NCBI GenBank assembly: GCA_963693365.1
Contig: CAVNZM010000009.1
Coordinates: 3,288,231 to 3,352,230 of the forward strand
Direction: 5' to 3'
DNA from: Amoebidium appalachense
Taxonomy: Eukaryota; Protista; Ichthyosporea
DNA: 64,000 nt
Below are positions 45,958 through 64,000 of the stretch, piece after piece (the first letter of the stretch is position 1; every line of letters begins with the position of its first letter). The notes beneath the pieces are model-generated. The model saw nothing but the letters and a program-made list of their open reading frames with translations, was not told the origin of the DNA and did not search any database. The translations under genes were made by a program, and so were the position numbers.

Positions 45958-46318
45958 CTACAAGAGCAAAAAAGAAAGTTAAAAAGAAAGATTGAAAAGA
46001 AAAAAGAATGAGAGAGAAAGGGGTGGGGGGGTGGGGGGGGGGAGGGAGAGAGAGTCAGAGAGGGAGAGAGATATTATTATGAGCTCCAGACCCTGAGATA
46101 TACAGTAAGTATAAGGAAGAAAAGGATATATATACTACTGAAGAGTGAAAGGAGCCATTGAGTATTACCATAAACTTATAAATAGCTTCTTGTATCTATC
46201 TGCAAGGCTGACGACGGGCCTACTATTTTTTTTTATTAAACATGTCATAGCTGCGCATACGTCTCTCATAACCTCAACCTGAGTGTATATAAGCCCTCAA
46301 GCTCTCATGGTCATTAAA

Positions 46319-46717
46319 TTAGTTGTGAGGGTTGCGGCCCTCCCACACCCAGCACCCACTAGGCACGGTAGAATTATACTTCTCCTGGCAGGCAATGGCA
46401 GGGGCGCCAATGACGCACTCTGAGCACCCCCACATAGTCCAGAACGTTGCACAGCGCCCGTAATCTGCCTTGCCCAGGTTGATACCGTATTGATTCAGAG
46501 TTTGCTTGGTGCACTCGGGCGTGCAACACATGGCACATTCGGCATGCCCGTCTTCACAGTCGCGGCGGCTGCGTTCGAGCGTACCCTCGGGTGGGATGTT
46601 GGTGTTTTCTTGCTGGTATGACAGGTCGGAGGTGGGCGGGATGGGGCTGGCATGGGAGACGGTAATCACGGAGAGAAAGAGGAGGGACAGGATGCTGCGT
46701 GTTGAAAAGGGAGACAT
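46319..46717 (-). CDS. Intronless secreted cysteine-rich prepropeptide (132 aa)
   Basis: Non-repetitive ORF with a hydrophobic signal peptide (SILSLLFLSVITVSHA/SP), a pro-region ending in an RSRR furin/kexin site, and a mature part with 10 Cys. TATA box upstream. Confidence 0.85.
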   Translation of the reverse strand: MSPFSTRSILSLLFLSVITVSHASPIPPTSDLSYQQENTNIPPEGTLERSRRDCEDGHAECAMCCTPECTKQTLNQYGINLGKADYGRCATFWTMWGCSECVIGAPAIACQEKYNSTVPSGCWVWEGRNPHN

Positions 46718-46825
46718 GTTGATGTTTTGTGGAGTATGTCTCGCAGTTGTAGTTAGTATGAGAGTCGTGAGGGTTCCCTAAGACCGTTGAGCTAAGGCTG
46801 AAAGTGAGAGCCGCCGACTTCCAGC

Positions 46826-46833
46826 TTTATATA
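46826..46833 (-). promoter_or_regulatory. TATA box of the secreted peptide gene
   Basis: TATATAAA on the minus strand about 110 bp upstream of ATG 46717; CCAAT motifs near 46887 and 46921. Confidence 0.6.
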
Positions 46834-47494
46834 CCGGTACCCGCTAGTTCTGAACCCGGAAATATGCGATCTTATCGGCAGGTTGCCCAATCAAAACGCT
46901 CTTTCAGTTTCTATCATTTGATTGGCTAACCCGCCGCCGTCGTAACGACACAGTGGCAAGTGCACATGACCGGCCGCCGGCGCTTCGCAGGTCAGAGGGA
47001 GGGGAGGAGGCCTGAGGGGAGGGAGAGGGAGGGAGGGGGGTGGGTGGGTGTGTGTGTGTGGGGGGGGGGGGGGGGGCCGGGGGCCCGCGGGGGGGGGGGG
47101 GGGGGGGGGGGGGGAGGGTGGAGGGGGTGAGGGGGGGCCGACGCAGGGACCTACATGTAGCAGGCCAGTAAAGTTATGCCGAGTCGTCCTTGTTTCGAAC
47201 TTGACCCCTCACTCATGCCGAAATTTATGGGCCATGGCCGTCACTCCCGCGGCGGGACCGGCCCGGTTTTAAATATGACTCCGGGTGGTCAGATGTGGTG
47301 GTCCTTTTAATAAAATTTCCCCTTATTATTCGATTTAAAGTTTTGTGGTGGTAATATTGGAACATATATGGTACCGGTGCATGCATGCGCATGGACCAGG
47401 TCACGGTGACCGTGGTGGTCACTGGTGCCACCGCCGGGTGGTGATGGCCGGTGGTGGTGGTGGTGCACGTGGCCTGAGGGGGTGTACACGTACG

Positions 47495-47561
<67 letters not shown>

Positions 47562-47623
47562 GACTGAGTACTAGTGAAGGATGCAATCATAGCCAGATGT
47601 ACGTGGATCCGCCTTCTCAGCCT

Positions 47624-47692
<69 letters not shown>

Positions 47693-47706
47693 ATAATTGT
47701 CGTTTT

Positions 47707-47747
<41 letters not shown>

Positions 47748-48565
47748 CCCGCCCGCCCGCCCCTCCCTCGTGGGCCCCCACCCACCACCACCACGGTGAC
47801 CACCACATACACACACTGTGTACACACACAAACCCGCATGAAGTAAACAATCGATCACCGTGCACGTACATGTCAACAAGGGCACGTACACACACACGCG
47901 TCTACTGCACGTGCACACATCAATCCGGATCCATACAATTACAGCCAGCTCTACTAAGAATTTGTTCCATTAAGTTCTGAACTACTATAAATGTAAAGAA
48001 TGAAGAAATAACAGGAGAATAAGTATGAACTTCTTCTCCAAGGTTATCTACTCATTAATACATAACAGTCTCGTATAAGATTTCTACTACAGATTTTATC
48101 CTAGTTGGTACAATGTACCATCTTTCAATGCTTAATTTATATACTATTATTCTTAATATTATGAACAATATTCTCATCCTAAATTACATAAAGGAGGAAC
48201 AGAAGCTCCTCTTTACAAACACAACATACCTAACTAGACCTGTTAGTGAATGTTTTCAGCAAACATGAATATATCCAGGCGTCGAATCTTCGAATTCAGC
48301 CACAACTTGCCTTGAATCATGTCTGTCGCCGTCAATTTCAACTAGTGTACCAAAATTTTATCCACACTTGCACACAACATATTATGAAAATTATTCATGC
48401 ACTTGTTCGTGCATGCTGGATTCGCCTGCGGGGGTGTTTTGATACATATTGGTTGGTTGGTCATCATGAACTTTACTGGTTTTTGTCTTTCTTTAAAGAC
48501 GGCCACCACTTGGTGGCTGTGTTCAGGCTGTAAGTGAACACGTCTACAGAGCCCCCCCCCCGCCC

Positions 48566-48609
<44 letters not shown>

Positions 48610-49125
48610 AAAGAAAGAAAGAAAGAAACGAAAAACACTAGAGCATACATATCTGTACCAGAACCTCACCCAATCCCCTACCCCTCACTCTCTGCAATCT
48701 GCAATCAAGAGTACTGTAGCTATTACAGCACTGTGCATACGTATGAACATTTCCACAAAAAATCCCACAAAAAGCTCTCTGAGACTCTCAGAGAGAAGCA
48801 ACAGCAAACCAAACAGGCAAAAAAGGCAGAGAAAGTCAAACAGTTAGGAGGAATAGGCGGGAGGCCTTTTCCACCCTCTACAATCACCCATCATTGATCG
48901 TCATCGGTTTCCCAGCTGAATGAAGCAGTGAAAAAAAACCGAAAATCTTGGAACTTACACCAACCGAAGAAAGTCAACTTGGCTCGGAAAGAGGAAAAAA
49001 AAACAAAAACAAAAAAATACCTCCCCCCCCCCCCCCCCCCCCCCCCCCCGCCCAGGCGGACCGAAGCCGGTGCATTTTCATCGGACCACCAAAATTCGAG
49101 AAAGGATGACACCTCCAACAAACGG

Positions 49126-49156
49126 CTAGTAGGGCTGGAACTGTGCTCTTCGGTTG

Positions 49157-49233
<77 letters not shown>

Positions 49234-49790
49234 TGTATGTGCGTGTGTGTGTGTGTGTGTGTATGTGCGTGTGTGTGTGTGGCACGCATGCGTACACGTG
49301 AATGCATGTGGTGTTTGTGTGTGTGTGCGTGTGTATGTGCATGTGTGTGTGTGTACGTCTGTGTGTGCGCGCCCGCACACGTGCACACGGTGTGTGTGAT
49401 TGTATAAGTGTAAGTTTAATTGTATGTGTGTGTGTTTGTGTACGAGTTTGACTACGTGTGTGTGTGTGTATGTGTCTGTGTGTCTGTGTGTGTGTGTTGC
49501 TTTCCATTTCTTTTCCGTTCCCTTTTCTAGTAATGGTGGTGATGGCGGTGGTAGTGGTGACAGAGGTGGCGTGGGCTAAATAGCGGTACCCGAAACACAG
49601 CACAAAGATACTCATCGAAGAAACGGTCTAAAGACGAGTGCATATGTGCATGTGTGCGTAGGTGCCCCTCTTGTGTGTGTACATCGGCACTTCTAGGGAA
49701 CGCGTGTGTGTATGTGTGTGTGTGTGTGTGTGCGCGCGCGTATGTGTGTGGGGGTGCACACATGTGCTTGCGTGTGAAACTTGCACCTGT

Positions 49791-49837
<47 letters not shown>

Positions 49838-50029
49838 CCACGGTGTGTGTGTGCGTTTGAAGAGGGGAGGGGGGGTGTTACCCAAAGCGTGGGCGTGGCC
49901 GGAAACCACCGAAAGCACGGGGGGCCATAGGCATCATGTAAGGGTTAAAGCGGGGGGCACCCCTCCCTCGCCCACCACCACGACCACCACGTGCTTTAAG
50001 TCCAGGTACGTTTGTACGCTTGGGGCTCA

Positions 50030-50068
<39 letters not shown>

Positions 50069-51521
50069 GCGCGCGTGAGTGTGAACGTCAGCGTGAGTGA
50101 GTGAGTGAGTGAGTGAGTGAGTGTGTGCGTGTCTTGGGGGCAAGGGAGAGGGAGGGGAGCAGAAGGGGGGGAGGGGGAAGGAGTAGAGAGAGTTTTCAGT
50201 TACTTTAACAACTCACTCAGTTCCCCACCCATTATTTGCTTCCCACCCGCAGCAGTGATACAATTTCAGCCCCTAGTTAGGTTAGTTTAAGGTGGTAGCA
50301 ATCATGAAAAACGTGACACGAGCATATGCGAGCAGATGAAACAAGGAGATTTCAAGGAAACAGAGAGAGTGTACGTTAAGCTCCCATGGGGCTCATCAAC
50401 TCCCTAAGCTTTATGGATAAGAGCAGGGAGAGTGTTGAAGGGAAAGAGAAAGGCGGAGATGTGAAGGGAAGGGAAGGAGGGAGAGGAGGGAGGGGCGGGG
50501 GGGGGGGGGGGGGGGGGGGGGACGAGGGAGGAGAGAGGGGGGGGGGGGGGGAGGGAGGGAAAGCGGGGGAGAAGAGAGAAAGGGAGGGGGGGGGGAGGGG
50601 GGAGGGAGGAGAGAGAGAGGGAGGGGGGGGTTTTGAATGCGTCAAAAAGTACGAAGTACACAAGAACAAACGGATAACACGATGCAGAATGCAAGCCATA
50701 CATAAAGAGTATGCATATTAAGCAGAGCCCATCCTCAGGGGGGCCCACGTCATCCACAGTACCCGAGTTTCGACCTATTCCCCTGGGGAGAGAGCGAGAG
50801 AGATAGAGGGAGGGAGGTGGCTAGGGAGGCAGGCAGGGAGGGAGGGGGGAGGGAGGGAGGAGAGAGGGAGAAGGGGGAGGGGGAGGGGGGGAGCGAGGGA
50901 GGAGAGAGAGAGAGGGAGGAGGGGGGGGGGGGGGGGGGGGGGGTTTGAATGCGTCAAAAAGTACGAAGTACACAAGAACAAACGGATAACACGATGCAGA
51001 ATGCAAGCCATACATAAAGAGTATGCATAATAAGCAGAGCCCATCCTTAGGAGGGGCCCACGTCATCCACAGTACCCGAGTTTCGACCTATTCCCCTCGT
51101 TAACGAAACCCAACTCAGATACTGTTTCACTTGAACATGAGTAGGTCACCCGTCTTGATCAGAGACGAGCAGGGTTGCTTATGCAGGCAAGGGCAGTAGG
51201 AAAGGCCGGGGGTTAAAGTTGCAGCAGTAAGCAGAAGCAAGAAAAATATAGATAGGAAATCAGGAGACGGGGCTTCTAGGAAGCTCCCCCGTCGATACTT
51301 CCCTGGCTAACATACTGCACCAGCTGAAAAGAATTAAGTCCCGAAGGCCGCAGAATTCGCAATCAGAGGGGAAAATATGAGATTTGACCCACGCCGGGGG
51401 GGGGGGGGGGGGGGGGGAAGCGAGGGTGGAGAGAGAGAGCGACGGAGGGAGGGAGGCGGGGAGAGAGGCAGGGAGGCAGGGAGAGGGAGGGAGGGAGGGA
51501 GGGAGGGAGGGAAGAGGGGAG

Positions 51522-51552
<31 letters not shown>

Positions 51553-51693
51553 GGAGGGAGAGGAAAAGCCAAAGAGTGCATGGGATAGAAAGAGATAAGG
51601 AGCAACACGCTTGTGCCTGTCGAAGGTTTCCATGCTTTCTTGGAAAAAAAGGGACATTGTAGCTCCTCAATGTTTCGCACACATTCACGGGCC

Positions 51694-51738
<45 letters not shown>

Positions 51739-51984
51739 ACGTCTGGCTGTACACGTACCTCTCTCTCTCTCTCTCCTCCCCTCCCCCCCCCCCCCCCCCC
51801 CCCCCCCTCTGTGTGTGATGTGTGTGTGTATGTGTCTGTGTGAGTGCACGCGCATGCACATGTATACTTTTTAAACAACTGGAAAATACCCACCTTTAAC
51901 TGCCTTCCTTTAAACACAGACTCATCCAACGCAAGGGAATTCTCCACAGAATTCTTGTCTGCAAATTCAACATATGCAAACCTG

Positions 51985-52041
<57 letters not shown>

Positions 52042-52507
52042 TCACGCATTCGCATGTGCGAGTGAGCAGAGTGTGAGCGTGGGCGTGAGTGTGTCTGTGT
52101 TTTCCACACACAACAGGTTTTAGCCAGAACAAGCACATGTAGAAGACAGATCCCCCCCCCCCCCCCCCCCCCCCCCTAAGACGCACACAAGAAAAAGGAG
52201 ATGGAACAAATACATCCTGCATCACCGCATGAAAATGGCTGACTGGCAGATATAAACCCAATTTTCCTTGTTGTCTCAATCCCACCATCATTATATGCCT
52301 CCCAGCTCTCACATACTGCCAAATGCACAAGAACGTGTCTTCTTTTCCTCCATTGGTGCCCCTCCCCCTCCCCCCCCCCCCCCCCCCGTTTTTCCCGGGA
52401 ACCCAAGGAAACAAAGGAGCAAACAGTTCCTACCTGCCTTAACACAGACATCCTGACACACACACAACCACACACACACAGCCCCCCACAAGCCCCCCTC
52501 ACCCCCC

Positions 52508-52538
<31 letters not shown>

Positions 52539-52989
52539 AAAGAAAAGAAAAAAAAAGGGATACTAAAAATGGACTCACACAGGAGATTGATAAATACATT
52601 GGCAGATTGGCAGTTAGCGCGGTGTGCATAACCACCCACCAAAAGGCTCACACGAACACAAAAACACATACAGGAAGAACAGGACAAAAAGGTATAGCCT
52701 CCCCCCCCCCAACCCTTCTTCCCCCCCCGGAGCTCCCCCCTCAAACACACCCAAATATCCATCCACTATTCCATCTCCGCCCGTCCCCTCCTCACACAAA
52801 CGAAATACACACGCACACCCCCAACCATCTACCCACACACCCAAACACATACATGTTCAAACACACACACACACACCCATCACACCCACCCACCCACCCA
52901 CCCGCCCGCCCGCCCGCCCGCCCGCCCACCCACCCGCCCACCCACGCCCACCCACGCACACACCCACACACACACGCACACGCACACGC

Positions 52990-53027
<38 letters not shown>

Positions 53028-53135
53028 ACCCCTTTGGGTGCCCTGTGTACGGGTCACACAGAATGGTCACACGGTTGATGGTACCGCATGACATGAAGTG
53101 GGCCTGAAGCTCCTCGGGGGTGGTCCCATAGTCCA

Positions 53136-53233
<98 letters not shown>

Positions 53234-53723
53234 GTGTATGTGTGTGTGTGTGTGTGCATGGCCGCGTGTGCATGCAGGTATGTGTGTGCGTGTGAAGGGG
53301 AGGACGGGGGATGTATGTTGAGCATGGTAAACATCAAGGAAATGACATTCTTACAACACCCCTAAACTGAAAGAACAAAACAGAAACCAAGATAACTGCG
53401 CAGACAGAAGGGGCGCCTGAACAGAGCCCATCATCCCTCCACGGGGGGGGGGGGGAGGGGGGGAAGGGGACGGGTTAAAGATACGTTATACAGCCCAAAG
53501 TACACATTCATGACAAGCACCACAAGGCAACATGCAAAGCACACATAGATGGGGGGCGGAGAGAGGGGGGGGGGGGGTCTTACACCGGCTATATATTCCA
53601 CCACCCCCACCCCACCCCTCCCCCCCGTACACACACACACACGCACACACACACACTGTTCATTTTAGCAACAAGTGATTCCCTTCAAGGAAACAAGGAT
53701 ACTTGAAAATACCTTAGTAACAA

Positions 53724-53763
<40 letters not shown>

Positions 53764-55497
53764 CACACACACATGCGAGATTGCCCAGGCCTAATCCCCC
53801 CCCCCCCCCCGGGCCCAAACTCCCTTTTCCCCACCTGCTCCCCCCCCCCTCCCCCCGAAAACCCCTTCTTAGTCCCCCCTCCCCCCCGGGCCCAAACTCC
53901 CTTTTCCCCACCTGCCTCCCCCCCCCCCCCCCCCCCCCCCCGCTCAACCCCGCCCCCCATACCCCTTTTTACTCCCCCCCCCCCCCCCCCCCCCAAACTC
54001 CCTTTTCCCCACCTGCTCCCAACCCCCCCCCCCCCCCCCCCGCCTCAACCCCGCCCCCCAGACCCCTTTTTACTCCCCCCCCCCCCCCCCCCTCCCCTCT
54101 CTTCCCAACCACCTCTTCCCTCCCTCCCATCCCCCCCCCACCTCCCCGCCCCCCCTTTCCCCACCTGCACGCAACCCCGTGAGAAACCCGTTCCAACCAC
54201 CACCACATGCATTCTTTCCACCACAACATGCATTCCAACCACCACAGCATGCATTACAAGCACTTACGTTTCCAACATAGACGGAGCGCGCATCAACCTC
54301 CTCTTTGCTCTCCGAGGGCATCACCCCCGCCATCTGCTTCTCCACCTGGTTTTGCATCTCCTGCAATTTGCGTGCCTCCTCTTCCATCTCCTTCACCCTC
54401 CTCTTCATCGCCTCCAGCTCCTGAGATTGTGCATTAGGAACATGAGAGGAGGACGTGGGGTCAAAACCATGAGGATAAGGTTTGGGGAGGGTTTGTGGAT
54501 GGATGAACAGGAAAAGGGTAGGGGGAAGGAGGGGTGTGTGGTTGAATGGGGTGGGGGTGGGGGGGGGGGGGGGGGGGGGGGAGGGGGGGGTAAGGGTGAG
54601 GTGAGGTGTGTGCGTCTGTGTGTGTAGGGGGTCGTGCGGACCAAGGAGACGGGCGGAGAGGGGGGTGGCGTATACAAGTGGAAGTGCGTCGTTGTTGTTG
54701 AGTGCGGGAAGAGGGGGACTGGGGAACGGAAGGGGGGCCCAGGGGGGGGGGAGGGGGGGGGGGGGGGGGAAGGGAAGGGTTGGCTATGCGTCTCTGCTGG
54801 ATGGTGTGAGAGTGCACCGACATACACCGAAATGGTTTGAGTACACACTTGCAATGTGGTCCAAACAAACAAAAATATGACCGTGTATGCAAGGATGTGC
54901 CATCCTGCGATCCCCGCAATAGAGGGGTTCCAGAAAGACACTATATACCAAAGACACAACCAAGGGCACACAAGGAAAACTTGAAACAACATTGCAACAA
55001 GAGCCAAGGCAGGGTCGAAAAAACATCACAATCAGAGAGGTATTTGGTTGTGCCAACACCATTTAGGCTTGCGTTCATTTCCTACTGAGTGCGCTTGCCT
55101 TAAAGTCATAAAAACCCATCTCTTGTGCTTCAGCATCGAAACGGTAGGTTCATGAAGCCTTTCGAGCAACCCTTCATACCAATAGTGACTTTCTCTTTCA
55201 AAAATTCATTTTCTTTCCAGAATTGCCTTCGACTATACCTATACAACACCCTCCCTCTCCCCACCCCTCCCTCCCTCTACCTTCCTCCTCTACCCCCCTA
55301 AACACACACACACATGCACACATACTGCATCCCCCCCCTTCCCCTTCCCCTTCCCCCCCACTTATCCTCCCCCTCCCATACGCTCTCTTACCTCATTCGC
55401 CCAGAAAGCATTTTTACCCCTTCACGTATCCTCGCTCCCTCCAACACTTCCAGTTTCTGATTCCCAAATTCAACCCTTCCCGTCCTCCCCCCTCTCC

Positions 55498-55533
<36 letters not shown>

Positions 55534-55824
55534 CTTCCCCCCTCTCCCACACACCGTCTGTAAACCAAAATCCATCCATATTCCTTCATTTATTTCCACC
55601 CCATCCCACCCCACCCAGCCTGTACTCCAAAATCCTTCTACATTACTTCTCCTAACTAAAAAATAAGAGGGGAAACACGCATAAGCTCTACCCACCGGGT
55701 CGTCCGCGTCATCCTCAGCATGTGCATCGCCCCCCTCCGCATGTTCAACGGGTGCTGTTTCTGTTTGCTCGTCGCCATAGTCCTGGAGCTCATCACCGTA
55801 GTTATCGACCTCTTCTTCCGCCAT
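49126..55824 (-). CDS. PABPN1: Nuclear polyadenylate-binding protein (PABPN1/PABP2), 6 exons
   Basis: Exons 55824-55696, 54420-54268, 53136-53030, 51981-51894, 50030-49882, 49156-49126. Acidic N-terminus, coiled coil [19 protein letters not shown] ([23 protein letters not shown]...HPKGFAYVEF), KRTNVPG, RGG tail, ends FQPY*. Confidence 0.95.
50631..50784 (-). mobile_element. 5'-truncated subfamily B copy
   Basis: Near-identical to ~50944-51096; ends in a C tract on the minus strand. Confidence 0.7.
50944..51225 (-). mobile_element. Subfamily B copy in PABPN1 intron 4
   Basis: Shares ataagcaaccctgctcgtc..tgatcaagacggg, ggatgggctctgcttat and the 3' tacttcgtact...cgcattcaaa(C)n with subfamily A. 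Confidence 0.7.
53810..54020. repeat. Three copies of cccaaactcccttttccccacctgc in PABPN1 intron 2
   Basis: Copies near 53814, 53891 and 53992, separated by C-rich spacers. Confidence 0.8.
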
Positions 55825-56537
55825 TTTAGGCTATTTTAAATGTGAAAGGTGGGGCGGGGTGAGGGTTTGTTGGGCCAAGAGATGATTGAGAGAATGAGAT
55901 ATTTGAAGTGTTTGAAGTGAGAGGTTCGGTCAGTTTTCTTTTTATTTTTTTCCGGAGCGCATATGGGCACTGCCGGGGCAGGCTGTGATCGACAGCGGAC
56001 GCAAGCCCAAAATTTCAATTGAAAAATGATCTAACTAAATGGGATTGCTTTTAGTCAACTGAGACTAAAAGTAAGAATCTGCATTTGTTTGTTTAAAAAT
56101 AATCGGTGGATAGGGTTTTAGGTTACCAAATTATTACCTATTTGCCCAGAGCATTGAGTCATGCAGCAAAGTGACAAAATGCTAATGTTAACATGTCGGG
56201 TACAGTGCACGGCCTTGTTGTTGGCAATGGCCGTGAGAAAAGCACACAACACACCTTCTGAAGCTTTTGAAACACAGGCAAGCCGCTGGGCCAGGGCATA
56301 TATGTATGTACAATTCCCATATTAATGCATGGCCATGCATATGCTGGTAGGTCCCTAATTAGATCGATGAGAACCTTTCCAAAGCTTATCATAAATGCTT
56401 CGCCCCAAAAATCGACAGTCACGGACCGTTTAACCACGAGCATCCACAAGTCGTCTTATGTTTGCTGATTTAGCTGCAGGGCCGGTCAACATCAGCTCTT
56501 GCCTTTCCCATGGTATGCTCATCGATCATGCATGTGC

Positions 56538-56592
<55 letters not shown>

Positions 56593-56916
56593 ACCTCTCC
56601 CTCCTCCTTCTCCCCTCCCCCCTCCCCCTCCCCCCCAGGCCTACAGCCGACGGAGAGGCCTTGCTCAAGGCTTTTCCCCCACACGTCCGTACACTTAACT
56701 TGGGTTGCATGCACTCTAGCCCTGGATTACAGTATTATAACGCTCTTTCAAATTGAACTGCCAATCTATGCAACGTTCCTGAAATGCATCCCCTCCCTCC
56801 CCCCTCCCCCCTAGGGCCTCGGCGCCCCCCCCCCCCCCCCCCAAAAAAAAAACAAAACAAACAAAAAACAAAAACCAAAACCAAAAAAACACACTACCAC
56901 TGCCTCAACAACCAAA

Positions 56917-56960
<44 letters not shown>

Positions 56961-57491
56961 GCACACCGTGTAGACAGCATTCGCACGCACAAAAAACACT
57001 CACTCAACACTAGCAAAACTACGCCATCACACACTAGGCCACGGCCCTTGGTCGTGTTTTTCTTTTCAATTTGGGAATTTCAAGAAAATACACCCACTGT
57101 GACAGATAGTATTACTGAACAAGAAAACAAACGCACTTCGTGTCTTACTACTCCATTTGTCGAGTGACCACCCCGGTGTTTATTGGTTACGCTTGCAAAC
57201 ACCAACAGATTAAGGGCCTAATTAAGAACATGTGAATATTCCTGGATATTGCCCCTCCCCCCCCCCCCCCCCCCCCAAAAAAAAAGGGGGGGAGGAGGGG
57301 GGCATCGGCGGTCGCCCGAACCACCACCACAACCAAAATAAAAAAGACAGCAAAAAAAAATTGATCTGACCACAAGCAACCAAGCAACCAAGCAAACAAA
57401 CAAACGAAAAAAATAAAATAAAAACTAAAAGTTAAAAATAAAATAAAACTAAAATTAAAAATAATTTTAAAGTCGAGGTGACAAAACACCA

Positions 57492-63933
<6,442 letters not shown>

Positions 63934-64000
63934 CTGTGACGTCACAATGTCAGCAGACACAAAGCGTGCAGGAGGCAGGAAAAAGAGGGGTGACGGTGGA

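Noticed and set aside
48342-48527. Minus-strand exon-like island downstream of PABPN1
   Set aside because: PABPN1 already ends at the conserved PY stop (49126) and there is no recognisable protein; it may be 3' UTR.

Overview
Eukaryotic, very intron-dense DNA saturated with poly(C)/poly(G) tracts and (CA)/(GT) microsatellites. Almost all ORFs in the supplied track are repeat artefacts. Joining exons by hand (splice dinucleotides plus reading phase) gives five genes. (1) A roughly 39-exon + strand gene (starting before the window, ending at 30752) that fuses Calx-beta-like repeats, a degenerate cyclic-nucleotide-binding-like domain and a PSAT/LCAT-family acyltransferase, ending in KDEL. (2) A divergent 5-exon T-box transcription factor (-). 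(3) An intronless secreted 10-Cys prepropeptide (-). (4) PABPN1 (-). (5) The 3' half of a CXXC1/CFP1-like gene (-). Gene content and the divergent T-box suggest a unicellular holozoan such as an ichthyosporean (inference only). The most notable oddities are two GT-CG introns in PABPN1, a positional intron pattern (poly(C) just after weak donors, (CA)n just before acceptors), and a family of sense-oriented, structured, mostly poly(C)-terminated intronic repeats. All homology calls are from recalled motifs, not database searches.
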